The notes beneath the pieces were generated by a model, which was given only the letters and a program-made list of their open reading frames with translations, had not been told where the DNA came from and ran no database searches. Below are positions 53,372-64,000 of a stretch of 64,000 nt of DNA, in pieces. The translations under genes were made by a program, and so were the position numbers. The stretch's first letter is position 1. The number at the start of each line of letters is the position of its first letter. The stretch is from a bacterium. GTDB lineage: Bacteria > UBA10199 > 2-02-FULL-44-16 > JAAZCA01. The DNA lies in assembly GCA_963674695.2 (NCBI GenBank), contig CAXXGI010000003.1:864001-928000 (forward strand), in the 5' to 3' direction.

Positions 53372-54523
53372 TTATTGTGATTCAACATACTTGAACGCAG
53401 CTTGTATATCATCTGTCTCGTGGCAACGTTGATATTGGCCAGCTTGATCCTTCGCCTTTTTCACAATATGTTTTAAGCCTGATTTCGACTTCTTTTGATA
53501 TATCCTCCAATGCCGGCCTTTCCATTCTGCTGCTTCATAGTATTCGCCCAAATCTTTCCAATCAGGCGTTGATGTACTTGTTAGCTTCATGAGAAATTGA
53601 AATGCCGTACTATATCTTTTGCTCGGATCTGCCTTTGTTACTTTTCCGATCATTCGTCGTATTGATGGAGAATAATACGGTTTCGGAGATACACCGTGCT
53701 TAAGAAGCTTCTCCTTTAACGTAAGTTCGGCGAGGCTTTCGCGAATAGCTACTGTCTGTTCATATTGACTCAGAGTTCGATATTCCCTTCCATTATTTCG
53801 AAGTTTTCTTAGGACTGATTTAGTTAAGTAATGTTCATCACTAGTAGGCATCGGACCATTTACAAGCTGATATAATATGAGACCTACCTGATAAAGGTCA
53901 GAGGAAATAGTGTAATGTTGAGAGTGCCACGCTTCAGAAGGGACATAGAGGTCAGAGTGCTTGGATGCATGAACATATTCAGCATCATCAGGCATCCTAC
54001 AAATGGAACCAAAGTCGGCAATTTTTGGTACGTCTCCATCCAGAAGGATATTATCTGGTTTTAGATCTCGATGAAGAAGCTTTTCTCGATGTAAATGTTC
54101 GACTCCATGTAATATATTTATCGCAATCCGAACGGCCTCCTGCTGGCCAACCATATCTTTTTCGATAACTTCCTGTAAGCTATCACCAGCTATCAATTCC
54201 ATCTGCAACAACACGTAGTCATCACCGTTTACCTTTATAGTCTCCACGTCATAAAGCTTAACAATATTTTGTGATACGGGCTCAGCTTCTATAGCTTGTC
54301 TCAACGCCCTTGGTTCTCTAAATATCAACTCATCATCTTCCTTAGGCAGATAAATAGCCTTTAAAAATCTAGGCTGCTGCAGATGAATATGCTGGGCTTT
54401 GTAAGAATATGAATTAGATCCACATGGCACATCATCAAGAGAGTCATACTTCCCAAGACGTTCAACTGCATCTTTTATTGCTTTTTTCGTCTCAACACTC
54501 ATGACAGAGTGCACCATGCGCAA
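53372..54523 (-). CDS. Hanks-type Ser/Thr protein kinase (AT-rich)
   Basis: FLKAI, EP, HRDLKPDN, ADFG, SDLYQVG; start uncertain. Confidence 0.9.
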   Translation of the reverse strand: MRMVHSVMSVETKKAIKDAVERLGKYDSLDDVPCGSNSYSYKAQHIHLQQPRFLKAIYLPKEDDELIFREPRALRQAIEAEPVSQNIVKLYDVETIKVNGDDYVLLQMELIAGDSLQEVIEKDMVGQQEAVRIAINILHGVEHLHREKLLHRDLKPDNILLDGDVPKIADFGSICRMPDDAEYVHASKHSDLYVPSEAWHSQHYTISSDLYQVGLILYQLVNGPMPTSDEHYLTKSVLRKLRNNGREYRTLSQYEQTVAIRESLAELTLKEKLLKHGVSPKPYYSPSIRRMIGKVTKADPSKRYSTAFQFLMKLTSTSTPDWKDLGEYYEAAEWKGRHWRIYQKKSKSGLKHIVKKAKDQAGQYQRCHETDDIQAAFKYVESQ

Positions 54524-54948
54524 ATTGCCGCTTTATACAAATATGCCGGCTCGATAGCTACATCATTGTTAAATGCCTTCTCAAAAGAACTGCCAGTCTC
54601 AGCGCTGATTTTTCGTTTTATAGCTGCAGCAATTGTTTGCGGCGATATGAGTTTGCATGCTATATTCAGTTCATGACAAGCCAACTCAGTGACTAATTCA
54701 CACTTTACCCTGAGTGGCTTACAAGCCTGAGTTGATTTAATGATGCCGACAACGTCGATCTGTTGAGAAGATAGTATTTCCTTAATTAGTTTTTGTAATT
54801 GTATCAAATTACCAACATCAGATTGTTCGGACTTGGGGAAGGTTATCTTTTTATCTGATAAGAAAAAAGTTCGCCCTTTTGATCTCTCCCCTTCAAGGCC
54901 GATCAATTGAAGATTATTTGAAACAATTTCTATGCCGAGTGTTCTCAT
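54499..54948 (-). CDS. DUF3010-like protein (probable RNase H/RuvC-like fold)
   Basis: MRTLGIEI start, IDVVGI, K-C-E, LISPQTI pattern recalled for DUF3010; GGAGG RBS. Confidence 0.55.
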   Translation of the reverse strand: MRTLGIEIVSNNLQLIGLEGERSKGRTFFLSDKKITFPKSEQSDVGNLIQLQKLIKEILSSQQIDVVGIIKSTQACKPLRVKCELVTELACHELNIACKLISPQTIAAAIKRKISAETGSSFEKAFNNDVAIEPAYLYKAAICAWCTLS

Positions 54949-54980
54949 GATCTCCTCCCATAGATGAAGCTCACCCTACC

Positions 54981-55062
54981 CCCTCCCCCCTCACTTGACA
55001 ATAATATAAATAGGGGAAAGGGCCGGAAAGGGCGTTATATTCGATTTGAGGGCCATTTTGGC
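54981..55062. repeat. Direct repeat 2, abutting stop of four-helix gene A
   Basis: Aligns with 52292-52377. Confidence 0.85.
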
Positions 55063-55064
55063 CC

Positions 55065-55400
55065 TCATTTCATGAGGGCCCATAGCATTTTGCTGATGGC
55101 TTCGAGCTGCGATTTGCGCGCCTGCGTCTGCGCATGCCCCGGCAAACCGAAGGCCTTCCAGAGATCAAGACAGGCTGCGACTTCAGCCGCGGATGCTCTC
55201 GCGATTCGGAAGAACCGGCGACGTTCTGCAGGAGAAGCCTTTGCATTCCCCTCGGCGATATTCAGAACAATGGATGCCATCGCCCGTTTGAGCTGATCGG
55301 TGAGATAGCCGTAGCCCCTCGGCCACTTGGCAACTTCTTTGCTGAGGTCCTCTGCCATCTTTACCGACCGCCCGTAACATTCCAGCTTTTCGTGAAGCAT
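55065..55400 (-). CDS. Four-helix-bundle protein A (23S rRNA IVS protein/Avd-like)
   Basis: HEKLECY...LTDQLKRAMASIVLNIAEG...RRRFFRIARASAAE; GAGGAGG RBS. Confidence 0.9.
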   Translation of the reverse strand: MLHEKLECYGRSVKMAEDLSKEVAKWPRGYGYLTDQLKRAMASIVLNIAEGNAKASPAERRRFFRIARASAAEVAACLDLWKAFGLPGHAQTQARKSQLEAISKMLWALMK

Positions 55401-55406
55401 TTGAAA

Positions 55407-55480
55407 CCTCCTCTGAATTGGTTTTTGTGTCGTCCTCCTACCCGGGCGAGAGGACGACACAAAAACCAATTCAAAGGAGG
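55407..55480. repeat. Palindrome joining the two four-helix genes
   Basis: 55414-55437 is the exact reverse complement of 55450-55473 (24 bp); 12-nt loop; arms extend through both RBSs. Confidence 0.95.
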
Positions 55481-55484
55481 AGAT

Positions 55485-55820
55485 ATGAATCACGAAAAGC
55501 TGGAATGTTGCAAGCAGTTGATGAGCGTCGCAGAGGACCTTGCAAAGAAGGTCGCCAAGTGGCCGAAGGGCAATGGTTTCCTGGCAGACCAACTCAAACG
55601 GGCGATGACCTCATCCATTCTCAACCTCGCCGAGGGCAATGGCAAGCGCGCCTCCAGCGCCGAGCGCCGGCGGTTCTTCGAAATCGCGCGGGGCTCTATC
55701 GCTGAGGTCATGGCCTGTCTGGATCTGGGGAAAGCTTTCGGGCTGCTCGAACAGAGCGAGCAGGAGCGATTCAAATCACTGCTCAAGGCGGCTTATGTCA
55801 AAATCGGGGCTCTGCCGTAG
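55485..55820 (+). CDS. Four-helix-bundle protein B (23S rRNA IVS protein/Avd-like)
   Basis: HEKLECC...LADQLKRAMTSSILNLAEG...RRRFFEIARGSIAE; AAGGAGG RBS. Confidence 0.9.
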   Translation: MNHEKLECCKQLMSVAEDLAKKVAKWPKGNGFLADQLKRAMTSSILNLAEGNGKRASSAERRRFFEIARGSIAEVMACLDLGKAFGLLEQSEQERFKSLLKAAYVKIGALP

Positions 55821-55845
55821 AGTCCCGCTCTCTTCGTTCCCAGCT

Positions 55846-55900
55846 CCGTTCACCGTTTACTGTTCACCGTTCTCGGGCTCTGTGCTCTGTTCTCCCTTCT
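55846..55900. repeat. Heptamer array downstream of four-helix gene B
   Basis: CCGTTCA CCGTTTA CTGTTCA CCGTTCT ... CTGTTCT CCCTTCT. Confidence 0.82.
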
Positions 55901-55910
55901 CTCGGGAACT

Positions 55911-55976
55911 GCGATGGTAAGGCGATGGTGAAGCGATGACAGAGCGATGATACATCGATGATACAGCGATTCAAAA
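55911..55976. repeat. 11-mer tandem array (6 units), inverted relative to 53036 and 53286 arrays
   Basis: GCGATGGTAAG GCGATGGTGAA GCGATGACAGA GCGATGATACA TCGATGATACA GCGATTCAAAA. Confidence 0.88.
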
Positions 55977-55980
55977 CAAG

Positions 55981-56012
55981 GAAACCCCCATGGATTTCTC
56001 CATGGGGGTTTC
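55981..56012 (-). terminator. rRNA operon terminator
   Basis: GAAACCCCCATGGA/TCCATGGGGGTTTC stem then CTTGTTTT on minus strand, after 5S. Confidence 0.85.
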
Positions 56013-56019
56013 AAATTAA

Positions 56020-56137
<118 letters not shown>

Positions 56138-56417
56138 AATCGTAATCTCCGTTGAACGAAGATAATAATAACAAAGAGTTTTCAAGTATTCATTTCGCGA
56201 TTCGACATCGAATGAGGCCTCCCTACATGCCTGCTCTCCGCCTTGCATATGACGGATCCTTCCACTGCCCGCCCCCGAAGGGACGGACAGAAAAATTATT
56301 GATCAAGCCGAACGGTCGATTAGTACGGGTAAGCTTCACACATTGCTGTGCTTCCACACCCCGCCTATCAATCTCGTAGTCTTCGAGTGACCTTCAGGGA
56401 GATCTTATCTTAGGGGC

Positions 56418-56450
<33 letters not shown>

Positions 56451-56508
56451 GTTCCACACATAGCTATCCGGCTGTGCCACTGGCGTGACAACCGGTGCAC
56501 TAGAGGTG

Positions 56509-56540
<32 letters not shown>

Positions 56541-56558
56541 CTCCCTTCAAATCTCCTA

Positions 56559-56653
<95 letters not shown>

Positions 56654-56656
56654 ATA

Positions 56657-56697
<41 letters not shown>

Positions 56698-56728
56698 GCA
56701 TCGTCGATGTGAACTCTTGGATGCGATA

Positions 56729-56759
<31 letters not shown>

Positions 56760-57215
56760 ATGAGCGACGGCCCGTCCACGTGGAACCGCCGGATCACTAT
56801 GACCTGCTTTCGCACCTGCTCGACTTGTAAGTCTCGCAGTCAAGCTCCCTTTTGCCATTACACTCGACGGCTGGTTTCCAATCAGCCTGAGGGAACCTTC
56901 GCGCGCCTCCGGTACTTTTTGGGAGGCAACCGCCCCAGTCAAACTACCCACCAGACAGTGTCCTTCTCCCGGATTACGGGAGGAAGTTAGAATTCCAGAA
57001 TGATCAGGGTGGTATTTCAAGGATGGCTCCACCGAAGCTAGCGCCCCAGTTTCAAAGCCTCCCACCTATCCTACACAAACCAACCCGAAATCCACTGCCA
57101 AGCTATAGTAAAGGTGCACAGGGTCTTTCCGTCCTGCCGCGGGTAGACAGTATCTGCACTGTCAATACAATTTCGCTGAGTCTCTTGTTGAGACAGTGTG
57201 GCAATCGTTACGCCA

Positions 57216-57299
<84 letters not shown>

Positions 57300-58005
57300 G
57301 TTCACTGCTTCGCATCCGAAGATGCTAACAACTTGCCTTAACCTTCCGGCACCGGGCAGGCGTCAGCCCCTATACGTCGTCTTGCGACTTTGCAGAGGCC
57401 TGTGTTTTTGATAAACAGTCGTCGCCACCTGGTATCTGCGACCCTCGGCCGCTCCACCCGTAAAGGGTTTCACCGCTAAGGGCATGCCTTCTCCCGAAGT
57501 TACGGCATCAACTTGCAGAGTTCCTTAACAAGAGTTCTCTCAAGCGCCTTGGGCTTCTCGCCCCGCCTACGTGTGTCCGTTTGCGGTACGGGCACCCCTG
57601 ACATCACGTCGAAGCTTTTCTTGGAAGCAGGAATCAGCCACTTTATGGGCAAATGCCCTCGTCATCACGCCTTAGGATTGACAACCGGATTTTCCTGGCT
57701 GCCTCCCTATACGTTTAAACCACCATCCAATAGGTGGATGACCTGCCCCGCTCCGTCCCTCCGACGCATAACATGCCAGAAGTGGTACAGGAATATTAAC
57801 CTGTTGACCATCGCCTACTCCCTTGGGACTCGGCTTAGGTCCCGACTAACCCTGGGCGGATTAACCTTCCCCAGGAAACCTTAGGCTTACGGCGAGCACG
57901 TTTCTCACGTGCTTTATCGCTACTTATGTCAGCATAAGCTCTTCCGATACCTCCAGCCGTCCTCGCAGTCGACCTTCACAGGCGTACGGAATGCTCCCCT
58001 ACCGC

Positions 58006-58168
58006 TCGTGCTCCGCACGAAAAAATCCTAAATTCTAAATCCAAATATCGAAACAAATCCTAAACTCCAATGACGAATGCCCAAAAACATTGGACATTGA
58101 ATATTCGTCATGAGGATTTGTTTTGGATTTCGGATTGAGTCATTAGAATTTATTCGTGCGAAGCACGA
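58006..58168 (-). other. Intervening sequence in 23S helix 45
   Basis: 163-nt AT-rich hairpin between GAAGCTGCGG and GGTAGGGGAGC; 7-mer arms. Confidence 0.9.
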
Positions 58169-58218
58169 ACCCGCAGCTTCGGCAGATAACTTGAGCCCCG
58201 TTGAATTTTCGGCGCAGA

Positions 58219-58283
<65 letters not shown>

Positions 58284-58409
58284 TTGTCTGTGCGCTTCCA
58301 CATCCTTTCCCACTTAGTTATCATTTGGGGGCCTTAGCTGGCGGTCTGGGCTGTTTCCCTCTCGACTACGGACTTTAGCACCCGCAGTCTGCCTCCCGAG
58401 CATTACTTC

Positions 58410-58447
<38 letters not shown>

Positions 58448-58448
58448 A

Positions 58449-58480
<32 letters not shown>

Positions 58481-59094
58481 GAGTATTCACTCGAGGCTAT
58501 ACCTCAATATATTTCGGGGAGAACCAGCTATCTCCAGGTTTGATTGGCCTTTCACCCCTATCCACAGTTCATCCGAGGATTTTTCAACATCCACCGGTTC
58601 GGACCTTCACGCAGTTTTACCTGCGCTTCATCCTGACCATGGATAGATCACACTGGTTTCGGGTCTACTCCCGGCAACTCAATCGCCCTATTCAGACTCG
58701 CTTTCGCTACGGCTACACCTTAACGGCTTAACCTTGCTGCCGAAAGTAACTCGCTGACTCATAATGCAAAAGGCACGCGGTCAGGCATTCCAGACCGAAG
58801 TCTGGCATAGCCCTCCCACTGCTTGTAGGCATGCGGTTTCAGGTTCTATTTCACTCCCCACCAGGGGTGCTTTTCACCTTTCCCTCACGGTACTAGTTCG
58901 CTATCGGTCGTTCGGTAGTATTTAGCCTTGGATGGTGGTCCACCCGGATTCCCACAGGATTTCTCGTGTCCCGTGGTACTTGGGATACTGCTAGAGTGTT
59001 CTTCGGTTTCGGTTACGCGGCTATCACGCCCTATGGCCGACCTTTCCAGATCGTTCACCTACCGTCGAACATCCCATGTTGCAGTCCCGCAACC

Positions 59095-59201
59095 CCCTGA
59101 CTACAGTTCAAAGTTTAAAGTTGAAAGTTGAAAGGAAGATCGTGATCATCAACGAAATTCCTTTAAACTTTTTTCCTTTTAACCTTCAACTGTAGTCAGG
59201 G
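59095..59201 (-). other. Heptamer-hairpin insertion in 23S domain I (near E. coli ~270)
   Basis: CCCTGACTACAGTT...AACTGTAGTCAGGG stem with AGTTGAA-type repeats between AGCCTAAACC and GGGGTTGCGGGAC. Confidence 0.88.
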
Positions 59202-59590
59202 TTTAGGCTGTTCCCCGTTCGCTCGCCGCTACTAGGGGAATCTCATTTTGATGTCTTTTCCTGCAGGTACTAAGATGGTTCAGTTCCCTGCGTTTGCCCC
59301 ATACGCCTATGTATTCAGCGCACAGTACCTGCCTATGAAAGCAGGTGGGTTGCCCCATTCGGAAATTCCCGGATCACAGTTTCCTTAGCAACTCCCCGAG
59401 ACTTATCGCAGCTAGGCACGTCCTTCATCGCCTCCGAACGCCAAGGCATCCGCCACACGCCCTTAATAACTTGACCAAAAGCCTAACCGATGATCGAAAT
59501 CATCGGAACCTGGCATTGTTTGAGAGACCTCATTCGAAATTGAATCGCGAATACTTTTCTCTTCTTTATGAAATTGTCAATGAGCTGACT

Positions 59591-59681
59591 TCAGTTAAAT
59601 GTTCAAAGCTAGAAGTTCAAAGGCTCTCGTACACGTGCTGTCACATTCCCTTTCAACTTCTAACGTTCAACATTTTACTGA
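59591..59681. repeat. Heptamer-repeat hairpin between tRNA-Ala and 23S
   Basis: TC AGTTAAA TGTTCAA AGCTAGA AGTTCAA AGG ... CCT TTCAACT TCTAACG TTCAACA TTTTACT GA. Confidence 0.85.
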
Positions 59682-59688
59682 CTTCAAG

Positions 59689-59761
59689 TGGAGCCAGCCG
59701 GGATCGAACCGGCGACATCCAGCTTGCAAAGCTGGCGCTCTCCCAGCTGAGCTATGGCCCC
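59689..59761 (-). tRNA. tRNA-Ala(TGC)
   Basis: GGGGCCATAGCTCAGCTGGG...TTTGCAA...GGTTCGATCC. Confidence 0.97.
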
Positions 59762-59775
59762 TTTTCTGAAAAAGA

Positions 59776-59878
59776 ACAAAAATTCTTCCCGAAGAACGAA
59801 CCGCGAAAAACGAATAACGAAATTTGGCGGCCATCGTCCTTCGTTCTTCGGGAAAATTTGGCTGCCGCCAAATTTTTG
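59776..59878. repeat. Heptamer-repeat hairpin (CGAANAA type) between tRNA-Ile and tRNA-Ala
   Basis: CGAAGAA CGAACCG CGAAAAA CGAATAA ... TCGTCCT TCGTTCT TCGGGAA. Confidence 0.75.
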
Positions 59879-59952
<74 letters not shown>

Positions 59953-59957
59953 GACAA

Positions 59958-60071
59958 GCAGTTTAAAGTTAAAAGCCTAAAGTTGAAAGGAACACCTAGC
60001 TTTATGTCTCTTAACTTTAAACGGGCCGACCTGGTTTCCCTTTTCACTTTCCACTTTCAACTTTCAACTGC
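59958..60071. repeat. Heptamer-repeat hairpin between 16S and tRNA-Ile
   Basis: GC AGTTTAA AGTTAAA AGCCTAA AGTTGAA AGG ... CCT TTTCACT TTCCACT TTCAACT TTCAACT GC. Confidence 0.87.
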
Positions 60072-60161
60072 CATTCCTGCTCCCTCAAAACTGAATAGCG
60101 GATTACATCATGAACTTGATTTGACCGGGTTGTGTTCGCCTACCCGAAGGCAAGCAAGACA

Positions 60162-61726
<1,565 letters not shown>

Positions 61727-61837
61727 AATCTGGATGTGCCGTCAGATCCCGAAGGATCCATCGACACGGAATTTTAGTTTCACACCACTTTCCGAAGAAA
61801 GCGGTGAGCCCATTCAAGCTTTGATGCATTTCTATCC

Positions 61838-61860
61838 GCTATTCAGTTTTCAAAGAGCAG
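61838..61860 (-). promoter_or_regulatory. rrn leader boxA-like/16S processing stem
   Basis: TGCTCTTTGAAAACTGAATAGC; complementary partner at ~60078-60100. Confidence 0.7.
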
Positions 61861-61980
61861 CTTTCAGACACAAAGACCACCTGCCGCCCCTACAAACACC
61901 CCTTCAGGGACATCGCAAGTGATCGAGATGACAGGAGATTTTGTCCTGCCGGGGGTATCCCCCCTCAAAGCGTGAGGGGG

Positions 61981-62009
61981 GTTCTACAGAAGTCCCCTGC
62001 TGGTGTCAA
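61981..62009 (-). promoter_or_regulatory. rRNA operon sigma70 promoter
   Basis: TTGACA-N17-TAGAAC, C-rich discriminator, upstream A/T tracts. Confidence 0.75.
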
Positions 62010-62178
62010 CATGCATTTCCCTCAAAAAACACTTTTTTTTCGAGGCCCCCACATTCCCATCTCAATGCAATTCTTCCCTCTTTTTCAAAGCGTTACCGCC
62101 TATACTTCATACATCCTCTTTCAGGATGTGCCCTTCTCATATGCGTTTTATTTTCGACAAGTCAAGGTCGAGGGGCAT

Positions 62179-63390
62179 TTACCCCCCGGAAAAGGCCACT
62201 TGTGCGAACCGCCGCTTGCCCACCTGAACGAGCACCACCCCGCTCGTCGCAATCGTCGCATCTCGATCGGCGATTTTGACCTCATCTACTTTCACCGCCC
62301 CTTGCGTGAGCATGCGCCGCGCATCCGACTTGCTCTCGCACAATCCTGTTTCGACGAGAACATCGACCAATGCGATGCGTGCATCCTTCGCAACGATCGT
62401 CTTCGTTTCGATTTCGTTTGGTTTTCCTTTTCGTGCAAACATACATTCGAATTCATCGCGCGCACCGATGGCCGCTTCTTCCGAATGAAATCGTGCAACG
62501 ATCTCCATCGCAAGATTTTCTTTTGCGAGTTTTGGATGCAGTTTTCCTACGACGAGTTCTTCCTTGAGCTCTTCGATTTCTTCGAGAGAAAGATCGGAGA
62601 GAAGCTCGTAATAATTCCACATCAACTCATCGGAGATCGACATAAGCTTTCCGAAAATCTCACGGGGCGATTCGGTGATGCCAACGTAATTGCCATAGCT
62701 CTTGCTCATCTTTTGCACGCCATCCAAACCCACCAAGAGCGGCATCGTCAGCACCGCCTGCGGCTCCTGATCGTACGCACGCTGAAGATCACGGCCGACG
62801 AGGAGATTGAAAATCTGATCCGAACCACCGAGTTCCACGTCTGCTTCAAGCGCAACCGAATCGTACCCCTGCAACAAGGGATACATGAATTCATGAATAC
62901 CGAGCGTTTCTCCGGATTGAATGCGGCTCCGAAAATCTTCGCGTTCCATCATGCGCGCGACGTTGTATTGCGCCGACAGCTTCAACACGTCAGCCAAGTT
63001 CATCGTGCTCAACCACTCCGAGTTATAACGGAGCTCTACGTTTTCAACGTCGAGAATTTTAGCAGCCTGCTCGATGTATGTTTTGAGATTGGTTGCAATC
63101 TCCGCTGCCGACAGCGGCGGCCGCACTTTATTTCTCCCCGAGGGATCGCCGATCTGCGCCGTACAATCGCCGATCAGGAAGATGACCTGATGGCCGAGAT
63201 CCTGAAACTGCTTCAGTTTCTGCATGACGACCGTATGACCGAGATGCAAATCTGGAGCGGTCGGATCAAAGCCCGCCTTGATTCGCAGCGGTTTCCCACG
63301 CTTGAGTTTCGCAACGAGTTCTTCCTCGTTGACGAAATCAACGGTGCCGCGTCTGATGACCTCCAGCTGTTTTTCTATTGGAATCGCCAT
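62179..63390 (-). CDS. tyrS: Tyrosine-tRNA ligase
   Basis: GFDPTAPDLHLGH, YPLLQGYD, GGSDQ, KMSKS, S4-like C-terminus. Confidence 0.98.
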   Translation of the reverse strand: MAIPIEKQLEVIRRGTVDFVNEEELVAKLKRGKPLRIKAGFDPTAPDLHLGHTVVMQKLKQFQDLGHQVIFLIGDCTAQIGDPSGRNKVRPPLSAAEIATNLKTYIEQAAKILDVENVELRYNSEWLSTMNLADVLKLSAQYNVARMMEREDFRSRIQSGETLGIHEFMYPLLQGYDSVALEADVELGGSDQIFNLLVGRDLQRAYDQEPQAVLTMPLLVGLDGVQKMSKSYGNYVGITESPREIFGKLMSISDELMWNYYELLSDLSLEEIEELKEELVVGKLHPKLAKENLAMEIVARFHSEEAAIGARDEFECMFARKGKPNEIETKTIVAKDARIALVDVLVETGLCESKSDARRMLTQGAVKVDEVKIADRDATIATSGVVLVQVGKRRFAQVAFSGG

Positions 63391-63404
63391 CGTCACAACC
63401 TCCT

Positions 63405-64000
63405 TCATAAATCGTTCTCACTCGCACATCGTTCCCGTATGCGCACGATGGAACGCGCACGCTTCGCCTTCACATCGATGTCGACGAGAATACCTTCGAT
63501 GCGCACATCCCCCTCGGCAACCTTGAATCGCTTCTTCTCCCCCGCGAGGAAACGGTGGAGGGCCACATCCTTGTCCAACCCGATGACGGAGGCATGTGGC
63601 CCGCTCATACCGACGTCGGAGATATAGGCCATGCCCTTCGGCATGATCTCCTCATCAGAGGTTTGAACATGCGTATGCGTTCCAAACAGGAGTTGCACCC
63701 GCCCGTCCAGATACCAGGCCAGCGCACGCTTCTCGCTGGTGGCTTCGGCGTGAAAATCGACGATGACGATATCGGCCCGAGCCTTAAACTCGGCCAGCAG
63801 CACATCCATCGCCCGAAAGGGATCTGAAGCAGTCTTGCCCTTCTCATCCATAAAGATGCGGCCTTGGAGCGAGACGACCCCAACGCGGGTGCCCTCATTC
63901 GCCATAAAGATGCCGGATCCGTGCCCCGGCAAGGAGACGTCTACATTATATGGTCGCAGAATTGGATGCGTTTCGAAATAGGGGCGAAGGGTGTCGTGCT
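63405..64000 (-). CDS. ymdB: YmdB/TIGR00282 metallophosphoesterase (5' part outside window)
   Basis: LRPYN...PGHG, VDFHAEATSEK, GTHTHVQT, SDVGMSG. Confidence 0.9.
   Translation of the reverse strand, partial: HDTLRPYFETHPILRPYNVDVSLPGHGSGIFMANEGTRVGVVSLQGRIFMDEKGKTASDPFRAMDVLLAEFKARADIVIVDFHAEATSEKRALAWYLDGRVQLLFGTHTHVQTSDEEIMPKGMAYISDVGMSGPHASVIGLDKDVALHRFLAGEKKRFKVAEGDVRIEGILVDIDVKAKRARSIVRIRERCASENDL

Noticed and set aside
55134-55592. N-terminal extensions of the four-helix ORFs (228 and 175 aa)
   Set aside because: Read-through across the palindrome; starts with RBS are at 55400 and 55485
55065-55820. Diversity-generating retroelement suggested by Avd-like fold
   Set aside because: No reverse transcriptase, and no template/variable repeat pair differing only at adenines; the direct repeats differ at various bases and are non-coding
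53036-55976. 11-mer and 7-mer arrays as CRISPR
   Set aside because: Units too short, no unique spacers, no cas genes
52292-55976. Integron cassette array or prophage
   Set aside because: No integrase, no clear attC structure, no phage genes

Overview
GC-rich bacterial chromosome segment; gene content and rRNA look deltaproteobacterial-type. Left (1-21.8 kb, minus strand): rpoC (partial), rpoB, rplL, rplJ, rplA, rplK, nusG, secE, tRNA-Trp, rpmG, tuf, a four-tRNA cluster, rlmB, a divergent EF-G paralogue, pyrF, proS and ispG. Middle: secreted, lipoprotein and HEAT-repeat genes, then a ~17 kb co-oriented cluster of five histidine kinases, three kinase-less PAS proteins, two single-domain receivers and a K+ channel. 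Right: a complete rRNA operon (16S, tRNA-Ile, tRNA-Ala, 23S, 5S), tyrS and partial ymdB. The most unusual signal is a family of ~80-165 nt hairpins whose arms are tandem 7-nt repeats. They occupy every spacer of the tRNA cluster, all three 16S-23S spacers and two sites inside the 23S gene. Directly downstream of the rRNA terminator is a ~3.7 kb island with two head-to-head four-helix-bundle (23S-IVS/Avd-like) paralogues joined by a perfect 24-bp palindrome. The island also has inverted 7-mer and 11-mer arrays, ~80-bp direct repeats and cargo genes (low-GC Ser/Thr kinase, DUF3010-like protein, GNAT). Together these suggest an undescribed repeat-hairpin/four-helix-bundle element system targeting stable-RNA transcripts; this link is inference. 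All calls are by eye, without database searches.
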